From: Minisyncoccota bacterium | GTDB taxonomy: Bacteria; Patescibacteriota; Minisyncoccia; Moranbacterales; UBA1568 | DNA: 64,000 nucleotides | Reading direction: 5' to 3' | Assembly: GCA_051306005.1 (NCBI GenBank) | Contig: JBPPMJ010000002.1 | Span: forward strand, 437-64,436 | In this document: positions 16,760-27,964 of the stretch, piece by piece | How positions within the stretch are numbered: the first letter of the stretch is position 1 | How the letters are laid out: each line of letters starts with the position of its first letter | Position numbers and translations under genes: made by a program | Notes under the pieces: model-generated | What the model saw: the letters and a program-made list of their open reading frames with translations, nothing else | Databases searched by the model: none | Told to the model about the DNA's origin: nothing

Positions 16760-18583
16760 TTAAAATTTGTCCAAAGAAATGGCTGTAAACTCTGCCACAA
16801 GTTGTTTTTCACGTTCACGATCTTTATGTGTTCGAGCCTCATCAATCATTCGTTCTAAAGAAAGCAATTTTTCTCTTTTGGTAATTTCTATCCGTAAATC
16901 TTCCCAATATTTTTTGGCGATATCAAGCATTTTCTGAGAACGATCTTCTTCCGCAACGTTCATAAAATCTGGAGCCTCTAAAAGGCGGAACATAAGACGT
17001 GTAGCATCACTTTTCAAATAAGTGTCTTCAATTAACGGTAGGGGGTCTCTCTCGCCAGCTTGTATTGCAAAGAAAAAAAGTGGGTGTTGTTCAATAAAGC
17101 GACGTGTTTCTGTGTCTGGTAATGCCTGTATAAAATGACGCACCTGATTATCAACATACATCAAACCAACTAATTCCTCCCGTAATACTTCGGAACGGCG
17201 TCCAAAAGAGAATGTTTTGTTAAAAGCTTTTTTGTTTTCTCGTTCATCCATAGATGTTCGTTCCCGACGTTCATGTGTCGAAACAGCACTATGCAACACA
17301 TCTGTAATCACTTTTTCATCTGTTTGCACAACTTGGGCCAATATCTTTACCCAATGCGCCTGTTCAATAGGGTTTTTAATAAAGAGTAACAAAGTAATAT
17401 AGTCATCAACAATATGACGTTTGCCATCAGCGCTTGTTGGATCATATTGTATGATCAGGGCATTCAAAAAATACTGTGGCGCTGGTAGAGCATTCTCCAC
17501 AACGGCCTGTAGCTGTTCTGGGGTATTCTGACCCATATCGGCAGCATCCTTGCCAGACGGAAGAGCGATCACGGACACAAGCATCTCTTTCTCCAAAGCG
17601 AGTTCAGCGCTTTTTCGTGCCGCCTTTTGACCCGCGCCATCCATATCAAAAAAAAGCCTCACTTCATTTCCGTACCGTTTCATTATGGTCAATTGTTCAA
17701 CTGTCAAAGCGGTACCAGAGACCGCAATGGTATTTTTGATACCAGCTTGATGCATCGCAATAACATCCATATTTCCCTCCACAATGATAGTTGCGCTCAG
17801 TTGTTTCATCGCTTTTTTGGCTTGATATAGCCCATAGAGAACACGACTCTTGTGATACAACACTGTCTCTGGAGTGTTGATATATTTCGCTTGGGTCTCA
17901 TCACCACCTGGTGCGACACGGGCCGAATAGCCAATGACACGTCCTAAAATATCAAAAATTGGGAAAATGATACGATCACGAAAACGATCATAATATCCTC
18001 GCCCACCTTCTTTTTTTAAAATCAAGCCTGTGCGTTCTATTTCCTCCAAATGAAACCCGCGCTCCTCAAGAAAATCCATCAAATGACGCCAGCCATTGGG
18101 TGCATAACCGAGACGAAACGTCTTGATACTCTCATCAGTCAAGCCACGCCCATGAATATACGGCAACATAGCTTGTTTACCAGCACCATCCCAAAGCTGT
18201 TTTTCAAAAAATTTCGTGGCTAATTCCAAAAGCTCATACAAACGTTCCTTTTCGTCTCCTTTCTCCTGAGTACCGCCTTTATAACGAGGCAATTCTACTC
18301 CAGCCCGTTCCGCCAACATCTGTAGCGCTTCACGAAACTCCAAACTCTCTATTTCCATTACAAAAGCAAATATATCTCCGCCCTTCCCACAACCAAAACA
18401 ATGCCACATGTTTTTTTCTTCATTTACCATAAAGGAAGGCGTCCGCTCCTGATGGAATGGGCAACACGCTTTCCAATGTGCGCCAGACTTCTCTAATCGT
18501 ACATATGACCCAATAAACTCAACAATGTTGAGTCGTGCCTTGATTTCGTCAATTGATCCGTCTGACATAAAAAATCCTTTCAC
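16760..18583 (-). CDS. dnaG: DNA primase DnaG
   Basis: Zn-ribbon CPFHQERTPSFMVNEEKNMWHCFGCGKGGD, a TOPRIM region, 607 aa. Confidence 0.9.
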   Translation of the reverse strand: MKGFFMSDGSIDEIKARLNIVEFIGSYVRLEKSGAHWKACCPFHQERTPSFMVNEEKNMWHCFGCGKGGDIFAFVMEIESLEFREALQMLAERAGVELPRYKGGTQEKGDEKERLYELLELATKFFEKQLWDGAGKQAMLPYIHGRGLTDESIKTFRLGYAPNGWRHLMDFLEERGFHLEEIERTGLILKKEGGRGYYDRFRDRIIFPIFDILGRVIGYSARVAPGGDETQAKYINTPETVLYHKSRVLYGLYQAKKAMKQLSATIIVEGNMDVIAMHQAGIKNTIAVSGTALTVEQLTIMKRYGNEVRLFFDMDGAGQKAARKSAELALEKEMLVSVIALPSGKDAADMGQNTPEQLQAVVENALPAPQYFLNALIIQYDPTSADGKRHIVDDYITLLLFIKNPIEQAHWVKILAQVVQTDEKVITDVLHSAVSTHERRERTSMDERENKKAFNKTFSFGRRSEVLREELVGLMYVDNQVRHFIQALPDTETRRFIEQHPLFFFAIQAGERDPLPLIEDTYLKSDATRLMFRLLEAPDFMNVAEEDRSQKMLDIAKKYWEDLRIEITKREKLLSLERMIDEARTHKDREREKQLVAEFTAISLDKF

Positions 18584-19341
18584 AATAAACGACTCTCTCC
18601 TCAGAATAGCGCAAAATGGTTCAAAAAGGCAAATAAAAAAACACCCTGGTGGGAGTCCTGTACCTTCTTATCCGATAATAATAAATAATGTTGGTGTTCG
18701 AGCGTTACGACGCCCATAATATAAAATATTTGGCTGTAACGCTCGAACTTGCATGTGCCAACAGGCATGTCGGTTATTTAGCTTTGGGTGAGAAAGCGTC
18801 ATAATCCATTGATCATTCCTGTATTTTGTACACTTGCATTTATCGCATTTGTCCTAACTGGCAAATACTTCTCCCTTCACCATTCTCTGGCATAAAGCCT
18901 TTGTTTTGTAAAGAACGATTTTTTGTTGATTTTTGTTTTTTTCCTGGTTGTTTATTTTTCAGGAGAAAACCATTTTGTTTTTGTTTGGGGTCTCCGTGTT
19001 AGGGCGGAGCGGTTAAGACACGTTGATCTCAACACTTGAACAGTGAAAGAATCTTGGTCACCACACGATCCGTATCGCATACCAAAATTCTTTCACCGTT
19101 CGAAAACGGCATACTTTCTTCTCAGGAAGAACGTATTGATGGGAGCAAATTGTCAAAGTCCAACTCATTACTTGTTTATTATAGCAGAAAAAAACGTTGC
19201 CGTCAATTTCATACCTTCTCTTATGCGCCAATAAAGGATTTTATAGTCTTTTCTTCCAACACACTTTATTTTTGATATTTTTGAGAAAAAAATAAAGTCC
19301 TTAACTTTTTTCTCTATTACTTTTTTCCTTTTCAAAAGCCA

Positions 19342-20520
19342 TTATTTCATCTGCATATCCAATATCTGACGCAATGTGATTTTACTCGTACCAATAAACC
19401 ATTGATTATTCAAAACACTGTAATCTATCGAGAAATTCTTTGTTTTATCCAGATTAACAAAATGAATAACGGCTTGCTTGTAAGGCGTGGACTGGAAAGT
19501 ATATTGTTTTGCTATGGTAACGGTAGTGTCAAGGATGAAGTTTTTCAGGACGTATGGTAAAACAGCTTCTTCTTTGGTGAGTATATCGGCAGGAGGTATC
19601 CCATCCTTGAAGGATAACACAAGACCAATCCGTATACTTCCTGCATCATCGTACATATAAAGAGAGAAATTTTCCTGAATCAATGCCAGAAGATCCGGAT
19701 TAAGATTGATACCAAACAAAAAAGCAAAACGGCTAAAAGCCAAAGGATTATTATTCTGATCAGTTATCAAAAATTCCACTGGCTTTGTCATGTGTCCCCC
19801 CCTGATACGATCACCCGTTTCTTGAAAAATCTTCTGAATATCCGCTGGCGAGATAATTTCTGTATTCAATGAGAGATAATTGGCTTTATCTTGCGAAAAA
19901 GGTGTAGGAGTAGGAGGTGAGACAGTGCCAGGATCAACCACATCATCAATATGTTCAGGTGTTATTGATACTGGCTGGGCACGGAATACGAGAAAGTACC
20001 ACGATCCACCAAGTATGCATAACAGGATAAAAAGACCAAGACCAAGCCACATAACCCACTTTGGAAATGAGGCGCGATTCTTATTGAACGGACGAAGAAT
20101 AAGTTGACTGTCTTCTAAGAAAGGGGCGGCACTACTTTCCCAAATAGCCGGCTGAGGAAAATGTGAAAGAGGTTTTTTCAAGGGATCAGAAATAATAGCA
20201 AAAGGACTTTTTGGAGCAATAGGCTTGGTATCTACCGATTCTGATGGAGCAAAAGTTACGGTACTCGTTTCACTAAAAGGATTATCACTTGTCAAAGAAG
20301 TTGTGGTAATGGATGCTGACGTCGATTCTGTTTCTGTTGGAGGTGTTTCAGTACGTCCTTGAATAATATTTTCAAGATCTTTTTGTAAAGTGCTGATGAC
20401 AAAATGATCTTTACTAGTTGCACCGTCACTTTTGGTGGTACTTTTTATTTTGGAAAAAAAATGAAATGCCATAAAACAGTACAATACAATAGTTGATAAT
20501 AACATTGTACAATGAAACAT
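19342..20520 (-). CDS. Hypothetical membrane-anchored protein with Ser/Thr/Pro-rich linker
   Basis: N-terminal and mid-protein TM helices and low-complexity TETPPTETESTSASITTTS. No recognisable family. Confidence 0.4.
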   Translation of the reverse strand: MFHCTMLLSTIVLYCFMAFHFFSKIKSTTKSDGATSKDHFVISTLQKDLENIIQGRTETPPTETESTSASITTTSLTSDNPFSETSTVTFAPSESVDTKPIAPKSPFAIISDPLKKPLSHFPQPAIWESSAAPFLEDSQLILRPFNKNRASFPKWVMWLGLGLFILLCILGGSWYFLVFRAQPVSITPEHIDDVVDPGTVSPPTPTPFSQDKANYLSLNTEIISPADIQKIFQETGDRIRGGHMTKPVEFLITDQNNNPLAFSRFAFLFGINLNPDLLALIQENFSLYMYDDAGSIRIGLVLSFKDGIPPADILTKEEAVLPYVLKNFILDTTVTIAKQYTFQSTPYKQAVIHFVNLDKTKNFSIDYSVLNNQWFIGTSKITLRQILDMQMK

Positions 20521-20595
20521 CGAAAAAACAAAGAGGCAGGACGCCTTCCTACCTCCTTTCCCCGCGACATTACTGAAAGATTTCTTTCTTCGTGA

Positions 20596-22710
20596 TTACA
20601 CTATTTCTTTCATTTGATGCAAAGCAGATTTTCGTGAGAGATTGATGCGACCCTGGCTGTCTATTTCTTTGACAATCACTGGCACGATGTCACCCACTTG
20701 CACAACATCTTCTACCTTTTCAACACGCGTGTCTGCCAATTCGGAGATATGTATCAATCCCTCCTGGTTTGGCAACACTTCTGCAAAAGCGCCAAAGTTC
20801 ATCAAACGGGTAATGCGTGCCTGAAACAGTTCACCGGCACGGACTTCACGCGTCAGGCTCTGAATCCACTCCACAGCTTTTTGTGCGCCCACGGCTTCCG
20901 TTGAAGTAATAAACACAGATCCATCATCTTCGATATCAATAGAAACACCGGTTTCATCAATAATCTGATTGATCATTTTGCCTCCAGGACCAATGACATC
21001 ACGAATTTTTTCTGGATTGATATGCAACGTGATGATACGTGGTGCATAAGGAGACATTGTGGTACGTGGTACATCAATGGCAGTCAACATTTTATCCATA
21101 ATAAACAGACGTCCTTCCTTGGCCTGCAAAATAGCTACTTTGAGCATCGCTGGAGTCAAACCATCAATCTTAACGTCCATTTGCATCGCTGTAATACCAT
21201 CCTTGGTACCAGCAACTTTGAAATCCATATCACCATAATGATCTTCTAGGCCTTGAATATCTGAAAGAACCTTGTAATCACCATTTTTTCCAGTGATAAC
21301 GCCCATAGCGATACCGGCAACTGGCGTTTTGATTGGCACGCCGGCATCCATCAGTGATAATGTAGAGCCACAAGTAGAAGCCATTGAAGAGGAGCCGTTG
21401 GATTCCAAAACCTCAGAAACTAAAAGAATGGTATAAGGAAAATCTTCTTTGCTCGGTAGTACCGGTATCAAAGCTTTTTCTGCCAAAGCGCCATGTCCGA
21501 CTTCGCGTCGACCAGGACCACGCATTGGTCTCACTTCACCGACTGAATACGGTGGGAAGTTATAAAAATGCATATAACGTTTCTTGATATCCATCGCCAT
21601 CGTATCTACGACCATCTCATCTCCGGGAGCGCCCAATGTGGTGATGGTCAATGCTTGTGTTTCACCACGAGTGAAGAGCCCTGTGCCATGCGTGCGTGGC
21701 AATAGTCCGACTGCGCAAGTGATAGGGCGGATTTCCGTAACAGCCCGCCCATCTGGACGCGTTCCTTTTTCCAAAATATTCTCATGCACAACTTCATCCG
21801 CTACCTCATCCGTCACAATGGCTAACAGTTCAGTCAAATTTTTCTGTTCTGGATACTTTTCAATGGCATAGGCTGAAATTCTTTCATTGATTTCTGTCAT
21901 ACGCGCTTCATGCGTTTGTTTGGGACGCATATACAGTGCTTCCGCCAGCCCAAATTCTCGTGAGACTCGACGAATATCCATCTCAAAATCCTCTGGCCCA
22001 CGCAACAACGCCGCCTGACGTTTTTCCTTACCCGCTTCACGCCGTACCATTTCAATAAACTGTGTAATTTTTTGTATGGCTTCAAAACCAAACTCAAAAG
22101 CTTTCGCCATCTGTTCTTCTGTAATTTCAGAAGCGCCTGCCTCAATCATGTTGATTTTTTCAGACGTACCAGACACCAACAAATCAAGCGTACTCTTCTC
22201 ACGATCTTTTTTGGAAGGATTGAGAATAAATGCATTTTCTTGCAAACCGACGCGCACTGCGCCAATCGGCCCGTTCCATGGAATATCAGAGATGGTCAAC
22301 GCTGCTGAAGCGGCAATCATGGCTACAAGATCAATATCATTCTCACCATCATAAGACAGTGTGGTTACGATAACTTGCACTTCATTACGCATCCGGCTGT
22401 CAAAAAGAGGACGAATGGTACGGTCTACCGCCCGTCCAGAAAGTACCGCATCATCAGATGGACGTCCCTCTCGCTTGATAAAACGCGATCCTTTGATCTT
22501 ACCAGATGCGTAATAGCGCTCTTCAAAATCTACCATCAGCGGAAAATATCCAGTAATTCTGGATATTTCTTTGCTCATGACCGCAGTCGCCAAAACTACC
22601 GTATCGCCATACCGTACCGTCACAGCACCACTCGCTTGTTTAGCCAGGGTACCCGTTTCAATAACCAACTGTCGTCCCCCGAGCTCAAGAGCCCATTGCT
22701 TTTCTTGCAT
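20596..22710 (-). CDS. pnp: Polyribonucleotide nucleotidyltransferase (PNPase)
   Basis: 704 aa, two RNase PH domains, and C-terminal KH and S1 (ARITRLMNFGAFAEVLPNQEGLIHISELA). Confidence 0.95.
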   Translation of the reverse strand: MQEKQWALELGGRQLVIETGTLAKQASGAVTVRYGDTVVLATAVMSKEISRITGYFPLMVDFEERYYASGKIKGSRFIKREGRPSDDAVLSGRAVDRTIRPLFDSRMRNEVQVIVTTLSYDGENDIDLVAMIAASAALTISDIPWNGPIGAVRVGLQENAFILNPSKKDREKSTLDLLVSGTSEKINMIEAGASEITEEQMAKAFEFGFEAIQKITQFIEMVRREAGKEKRQAALLRGPEDFEMDIRRVSREFGLAEALYMRPKQTHEARMTEINERISAYAIEKYPEQKNLTELLAIVTDEVADEVVHENILEKGTRPDGRAVTEIRPITCAVGLLPRTHGTGLFTRGETQALTITTLGAPGDEMVVDTMAMDIKKRYMHFYNFPPYSVGEVRPMRGPGRREVGHGALAEKALIPVLPSKEDFPYTILLVSEVLESNGSSSMASTCGSTLSLMDAGVPIKTPVAGIAMGVITGKNGDYKVLSDIQGLEDHYGDMDFKVAGTKDGITAMQMDVKIDGLTPAMLKVAILQAKEGRLFIMDKMLTAIDVPRTTMSPYAPRIITLHINPEKIRDVIGPGGKMINQIIDETGVSIDIEDDGSVFITSTEAVGAQKAVEWIQSLTREVRAGELFQARITRLMNFGAFAEVLPNQEGLIHISELADTRVEKVEDVVQVGDIVPVIVKEIDSQGRINLSRKSALHQMKEIV

Positions 22711-22963
22711 ACTCTTTTGTCCGCAAGCAAGCTAACAAACACGCGAGTTTCAAGAAACAGGTTGTCTAGTTAAAGAAATCAACAAAAGAGTTGAGTCTTA
22801 ATTTCCTCCTATTACCCGATGCTCGTGTAGCTATTAATCCTGCTCACAGAATAATTAAAAAACCTGATTATACTGTGCTTTTACCCTACCCGAGTACGTC
22901 AGATTTGTCAAAGAAGCACCCTGCTGTTTGAAAAAACTTGAAACAAAAGAAAAGAAAAATTGC

Positions 22964-23461
22964 CTAGATTAAAAAACGTTTTTTGTTAGCAGAAAGATTA
23001 ATGAAGTCATCTGCAACATCAATCAATTTTTGACTTGCTGACTCTGCAAAAGCCAGCACTTCCACGCGACAACCATATGTACTTTGTAAATATTCTACCA
23101 AAGAGACGTAATCGCCATCTCCGGAAACAAGAATCACAACATCCACTTTAGCAGCCATCTTGATGGCATCTACAGCGATACCGACATCCCAATCACCCTT
23201 TTTTGAACCATCAGGAAAAATCTGCAAGTCTTTTGTCTTGACTTCAAACCCACTCTTTTCCAAGGCTTCAAAAAATTTTTCCTCTGTCGCTTCCGTTGTT
23301 TTGATGCCATATGCAATGGCGCGAATTAATTTGCGCTCTTCCGTACCAGCCAACAATACATTCTTGAAGTGTACCTTCTTACTGTATAAAACACGAGCGC
23401 TATAATAGAGATTTTGAATATCAACAAGCATTCCCACACGTTGTTCCAGAAATTTTGCCAT
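22964..23461 (-). CDS. NYN-domain (LabA-like) protein
   Basis: The GMLVDIQNLYYSA ... VVILVSGDGDYVSLVEYL pattern is typical of NYN/LabA. Confidence 0.65.
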   Translation of the reverse strand: MAKFLEQRVGMLVDIQNLYYSARVLYSKKVHFKNVLLAGTEERKLIRAIAYGIKTTEATEEKFFEALEKSGFEVKTKDLQIFPDGSKKGDWDVGIAVDAIKMAAKVDVVILVSGDGDYVSLVEYLQSTYGCRVEVLAFAESASQKLIDVADDFINLSANKKRFLI

Positions 23462-23495
23462 AACATCTTATGATTATAATTTCAGCTTCAGTTAT

Positions 23496-23530
23496 AAAAA
23501 ACGGGGCTTACTTAAGCCCCAAGTTTTTTA
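23496..23530 (-). terminator. Intrinsic terminator overlapping the rpsO stop codon
   Basis: Minus strand: GGGGCTTAagTAAGCCCC (8-bp stem) followed by gTTTTTTat. Confidence 0.65.
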
Positions 23531-23774
23531 TAACTTCTTTGTGTGCTTTTTCATTAGTCTTCTCAAGATACCCCAACAATTTTTTGCGTTTGGAAACCAT
23601 TTTTAGTAATCCACGACGAGAATGAAAATCTTTCTTGTTCTTTTTCAAATGTGTCGTCAAACGCTTGATCTGTTCAGTAAACAATGCCACCTGATATTCA
23701 GGAGAACCAGTATCTTTGTCATGCCGTTTGAGATGGGTAGTTACCTTTTCTTTCTGCTTATGTGTCAATGCCAT
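23508..23774 (-). CDS. rpsO: 30S ribosomal protein S15
   Basis: MALTHKQKEKV...GSPEYQVALFTEQIKRLTTHLKKNKKDFHSRRGLLKMVSKRKKLLGYL, 89 aa. Start trimmed to the internal Met. Confidence 0.9.
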   Translation of the reverse strand: MALTHKQKEKVTTHLKRHDKDTGSPEYQVALFTEQIKRLTTHLKKNKKDFHSRRGLLKMVSKRKKLLGYLEKTNEKAHKEVIKNLGLK

Positions 23775-24059
23775 AATCTTGTACAGCAATACCCTCGTGA
23801 ACACAACATTCACCAAATGTATGCTAATAAAAAAATATTATATACGCACTTTAACACAGATACTCTATTTTAGCAATGGTAAGAAAAATACTCTCGGTGT
23901 GCGTTACACTCAGAGCGTCCCTGAGTTCACAAACGCTAATATTCCCTTGCTTACTTCGATGTTCTGTCAACGATAACTTCCCTGCAAGGGTGGTACTCCC
24001 ATACAGCGGTTCAACCCCTGTAAGTGGATTTTTTATATTCTTTGAACGTAGCATGCTTT

Positions 24060-26507
24060 TTATAAGAGTGTAAAAGCAGCCACACCATCACCAGTTTGTG
24101 GCTTCATGATGCGGACCCCCTGAGTTACACGTCCAAGAAGCGGAACACTCTTGAATGGTACACGAATAATCGTGCCTTTTTTGGAAGTAAGAATCAAATC
24201 ATCTTCTATGACAGACATACTCGTAACTGTTGCTCCAATCAAAGCCCCTGTCTTGGGTGTCACTTTCATCGCTTTCATACCACTCCCTCCACGCTTCTGT
24301 ACTTTGAAGGACTTCAATTCACTGCGTTTACCGAAACCATTTTGCGAAAAAACGAGCAGTTCCAAACCCTTTTCTCCTTTTGGAATAATATTCATACCCA
24401 CAATCTTGTCTGTTCCTTTGAGCTTCATACCTCGGACACCCGTCGCGTTGCGTCCCATCGGGCGTACATCTGTCTCTTTGAAACGGATGGCCTGACCATC
24501 ACTCGTCGTCAAGACTGTGTCGTCACTCCCAGTTGTCGGACGCACCCAACCCAATGTATCGCCTTTATCCAAGGTGATAGCAATCAATCCGCTCCGTCGG
24601 ACATTATCAAAATCCTCCAGTTTTGTCTTCTTGATAGTGCCATTTTCTGTCGCCATAAAAAGATACTTGAAAGCATCATTATTGCTAAATGCGATCAATG
24701 CAGTGATTTTTTCCTCTTGTGTAACTTGTAGAAAATTCACAATTGCTTGTCCCTTGGAAGTACGAGAGGACTCTGGAATCTCATATGCCTTGGTCTGAAA
24801 GACTTTTCCGGTGTTGGTAAAAAACATCAAGTTGTTGTGTGTTTGAATGGAAAGTACCTGTGCAATGCGATCCTCTTCTTTAGTTGTGGCACCGATGACG
24901 CCTTTTCCACCACGCTTCTGTACCCGATAAACACCTGGGTCCATTCGTTTGATATAACCGTCTTGAGTCAACGTGATAATAGCTTCGTTGTTGGGAATCA
25001 AATCTTCCTGTTTAAATTCCCCTATACCAGTCTTGATGACGCGAGTTTTACGCTCATCTCCGAAACGATCGCGCAGTTCCATTAATTCGCTTTTTACTAG
25101 CCCCAAGATTTTTGTTCGATATTTCAAAAGGTCCTCCAATGCATCAATAAGTATCAATTTTTCCGCTAATTCATCTTCGATTTTTTTACGTTCCAATCCC
25201 GCTAAGGTCTGCAGACGCATTTCCAAAATCGCTGTCGTTTGACGATCAGACAAAGAAAACTTCTTCATCAGGTTTTTGTGTGCATCCTCTTTCGTTGGAG
25301 ATCTTTTAATGGTTTCGATAATAGCATCAATATGATCCAAGGCTTTCTTTAATCCTTCTAAAATATGAGCTCGGTCCTTGGCTTTTTGCAAGTCATACTC
25401 CGTCCGACGTACAACAACGATTTCTCGATGTTTGATGTAGTGTTCCAAAATAGCCTTGAGTGTCAATACCTGCGGATCCACGCCATCAACCAACGCCAAC
25501 ATATTCACATTGAAATTTTTCTGGAGGTCAGTCATTTGGTAAAGCTGGTTCAAGACCTTTTGTGGATATGCTTCTTTTTTCAGCTCTATAACGATACGCA
25601 CACCATCTTTATCGGATTCATCGCGTAAATCCTTGATACCAAGTAATTTTTCTTCTTTGACAAGATCAGCAATTTTCATGATAAGCGTTGCCTTGTTGGT
25701 CGCGTAGGTCATCTCCGTCACAATAATCTGAAATTGTCCTGCTTTGGTCTCCACGATATCCGCCTTGGCACGCGCCGTGATTGGTCCTCGCCCTGTTGTG
25801 TATGCTTCGCGAATATCCTTGCTGTTATAAATAATGCCACCGGTTGGAAAGTCAGGGCCCTTGATAAACTGCATAAGATCATCGATGGTGGCGTCAGGAT
25901 TATCAATCAAATGTCCGATGGCATCTGCCAATTCATTCAAATTGTGTGGTGGAATATTAGTCGCCATACCCACAGCAATACCCACCGTTCCATTCAAAAG
26001 AAGTTGAGGTAATTTTGCCGGCAAAACAAGAGGTTCCTCATGAACGCCGTCAAAATTTGGAACAAAATCCACTGTGTTCTTGTCAATATCTATCAACATT
26101 TCTTCTGCAATCGCCTTGAGTTTAGCCTCAGTATAACGATACGCGGCCGCACCATCACCATCCATCGAACCAAAGTTTCCTTGACCCCAGATCAGTGGGT
26201 AACGCAAAGAAAAATCCTGCGCCATGCGCACCATAGTTTCGTACACTGCGCTATCACCATGTGGGTGCCATTTTCCCAAGACCTCTCCAACTACCGTCGC
26301 AGATTTACGAAACTTAGCAGTAGACCGCAATCCTGTAGACCACATAGAGTAGAGAATGCGTCGATGTACTGGCTTGAGACCATCCCGCACATCCGGCAAG
26401 GCACGTGCTACGATAACGCTCATCGCATAATCAAGATATGATTGCTTGACTTCATCAGTAATAGAGCGATTTTCTAATTTTCCATCATGAAATGCTTTCA
26501 CTTCCAT
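24060..26507 (-). CDS. gyrA: DNA gyrase subunit A
   Basis: The N-terminal [14 protein letters not shown], the active-site Tyr region, the GyrA-box-like QRGGKG, and C-terminal beta-pinwheel repeats; 815 aa. Confidence 0.9.
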   Translation of the reverse strand: MEVKAFHDGKLENRSITDEVKQSYLDYAMSVIVARALPDVRDGLKPVHRRILYSMWSTGLRSTAKFRKSATVVGEVLGKWHPHGDSAVYETMVRMAQDFSLRYPLIWGQGNFGSMDGDGAAAYRYTEAKLKAIAEEMLIDIDKNTVDFVPNFDGVHEEPLVLPAKLPQLLLNGTVGIAVGMATNIPPHNLNELADAIGHLIDNPDATIDDLMQFIKGPDFPTGGIIYNSKDIREAYTTGRGPITARAKADIVETKAGQFQIIVTEMTYATNKATLIMKIADLVKEEKLLGIKDLRDESDKDGVRIVIELKKEAYPQKVLNQLYQMTDLQKNFNVNMLALVDGVDPQVLTLKAILEHYIKHREIVVVRRTEYDLQKAKDRAHILEGLKKALDHIDAIIETIKRSPTKEDAHKNLMKKFSLSDRQTTAILEMRLQTLAGLERKKIEDELAEKLILIDALEDLLKYRTKILGLVKSELMELRDRFGDERKTRVIKTGIGEFKQEDLIPNNEAIITLTQDGYIKRMDPGVYRVQKRGGKGVIGATTKEEDRIAQVLSIQTHNNLMFFTNTGKVFQTKAYEIPESSRTSKGQAIVNFLQVTQEEKITALIAFSNNDAFKYLFMATENGTIKKTKLEDFDNVRRSGLIAITLDKGDTLGWVRPTTGSDDTVLTTSDGQAIRFKETDVRPMGRNATGVRGMKLKGTDKIVGMNIIPKGEKGLELLVFSQNGFGKRSELKSFKVQKRGGSGMKAMKVTPKTGALIGATVTSMSVIEDDLILTSKKGTIIRVPFKSVPLLGRVTQGVRIMKPQTGDGVAAFTLL

Positions 26508-26540
26508 AATACAAGCAGATGCTAATGAATTACTTTATTC

Positions 26541-26900
26541 TCAAGGTTGCACTGGCACAACTGACGACTCATTTGAGGACAATGGTGCCCGATCACGATA
26601 CTGCTCTTCAAAATATTCTTGTCCGGTTTTCTTGGATTGTCCATCGACTTGCAGTGTCTCTCCGGCTTGCAATAGACTATTCAATGAGGTTTTCGGTGTT
26701 TCGGACAAAGCCTCTTTCTCTGCTTCTAATAGCGTGGATGGTGTCCTAGCTAAGGAAGAAAACCGATCTTTGAGAGACAAAAACCAAATGCTGAGAATAA
26801 ACATCATCGAAACAGCTACGCAACCAAAAACATATCGCATACGAATATGCTCTGGTTGTTCACGAATAGATGCTAGTTTGTTCCAAAAATTCTCTCTCAT
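26541..26900 (-). CDS. Hypothetical small membrane protein
   Basis: Single TM (VFGCVAVSMMFILSIWFL), 119 aa, immediately upstream of gyrA. Confidence 0.35.
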   Translation of the reverse strand: MRENFWNKLASIREQPEHIRMRYVFGCVAVSMMFILSIWFLSLKDRFSSLARTPSTLLEAEKEALSETPKTSLNSLLQAGETLQVDGQSKKTGQEYFEEQYRDRAPLSSNESSVVPVQP

Positions 26901-26912
26901 ACATACCTTATA

Positions 26913-27572
26913 TTATACGCCTCGTTCCAGTAATACTATCTCCATTGATTTTCCCTCTAAATCTTTTTTCTTGACATTCAACTTGTTGATGGCTTCCGAA
27001 GGGCACGTACCGATAGCATCACAGAATACTTGTTGCGTCTCCACTGCCAAGGTCAAACCCGGAATCTTGTAATGCATTGGGATAATAATCTTTGGCTCTA
27101 TCTTGCGTGCCAATTCTACCGCTGTGGCAACCTCCAGCGTCTCTCCGCCACCGATAGGGAGAAACAAGATATCCGATCCTGCCAACTTATCCAAAATATC
27201 CGGCGTCAAATCATGCCCCAAGGCACCAAGGTAACAAATATGCAATTCTTCGCTCTCAAAAATAAAAATAGTGTTTTGACCTCGTTCGGCACCCATTTGT
27301 GTATCACGATAGCTAGCAAAACCCAAAGCTGATATGCCTTTTACCGCGTATTCACCTGGTGCATGCAACAAAAGTGTCGCTTCTTTGAAAGTATCTAGCA
27401 ACATCTCTGAAGGCTGATGCGAAAGTAACACGATATCTGCCTGTCCTTGTGGCGGACGCAAGCCAGAACTCTTCTGCACAGGATCTGTCCACATAACAAC
27501 ATCTTCTGTCGCACGACCCGCTGGTTTGGTGCTGATTTTGAAACAAAAATCCCCGTAATATTGTATATTCAT
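26913..27572 (-). CDS. MBL-fold metallo-hydrolase
   Basis: Beta-lactamase-fold pattern (DIVLLSHQ ... PIGG ... PMHY). 219 aa. Confidence 0.55.
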   Translation of the reverse strand: MNIQYYGDFCFKISTKPAGRATEDVVMWTDPVQKSSGLRPPQGQADIVLLSHQPSEMLLDTFKEATLLLHAPGEYAVKGISALGFASYRDTQMGAERGQNTIFIFESEELHICYLGALGHDLTPDILDKLAGSDILFLPIGGGETLEVATAVELARKIEPKIIIPMHYKIPGLTLAVETQQVFCDAIGTCPSEAINKLNVKKKDLEGKSMEIVLLERGV

Positions 27573-27964
27573 AAAACACGTACTGAAAATTCATACACTA
27601 GGTAAGAAATACTTCCTCATCTACCAAGGATTTTTCTAGTTTATCACAAAGACTCACCCTCTGTCTATGGATTACTTCTGATCAAAGAACCGCTCTTAAT
27701 TTTTGGATTGTCTTGCCAAAAAAACGTTCTTGAGCTATACTTTTCATAGATATGTTTATTATCGTTCTCTATATACGAAAACGTTGATACTATCAAAAGC
27801 ACTTAACTGGATAATACAATTGAATAGGAAGGATGCTATAATCCTTGCACTCAAGCGTTATCTGGACACCTTATTTTACAATGGTGTTTTTTGCTTTCAA
27901 AGGCGTTATCCCCTCTAATTTTTTTCACAATCTCGGGATAGGATTGTTCAACACAACAAGTATT

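Noticed and set aside
18584-19341. Looked for rpsU (S21), tmRNA, SRP RNA or RNase P RNA in the long gap before dnaG
   Set aside because: Minus-strand small ORFs translate to non-basic peptides of 55 aa or less, unlike S21. There is no tRNA-like 3' end (GGTTCGA...CCACCA) for tmRNA, no SRP domain IV motif and no P4 motif. The gap is reported only as an unexplained non-coding region.
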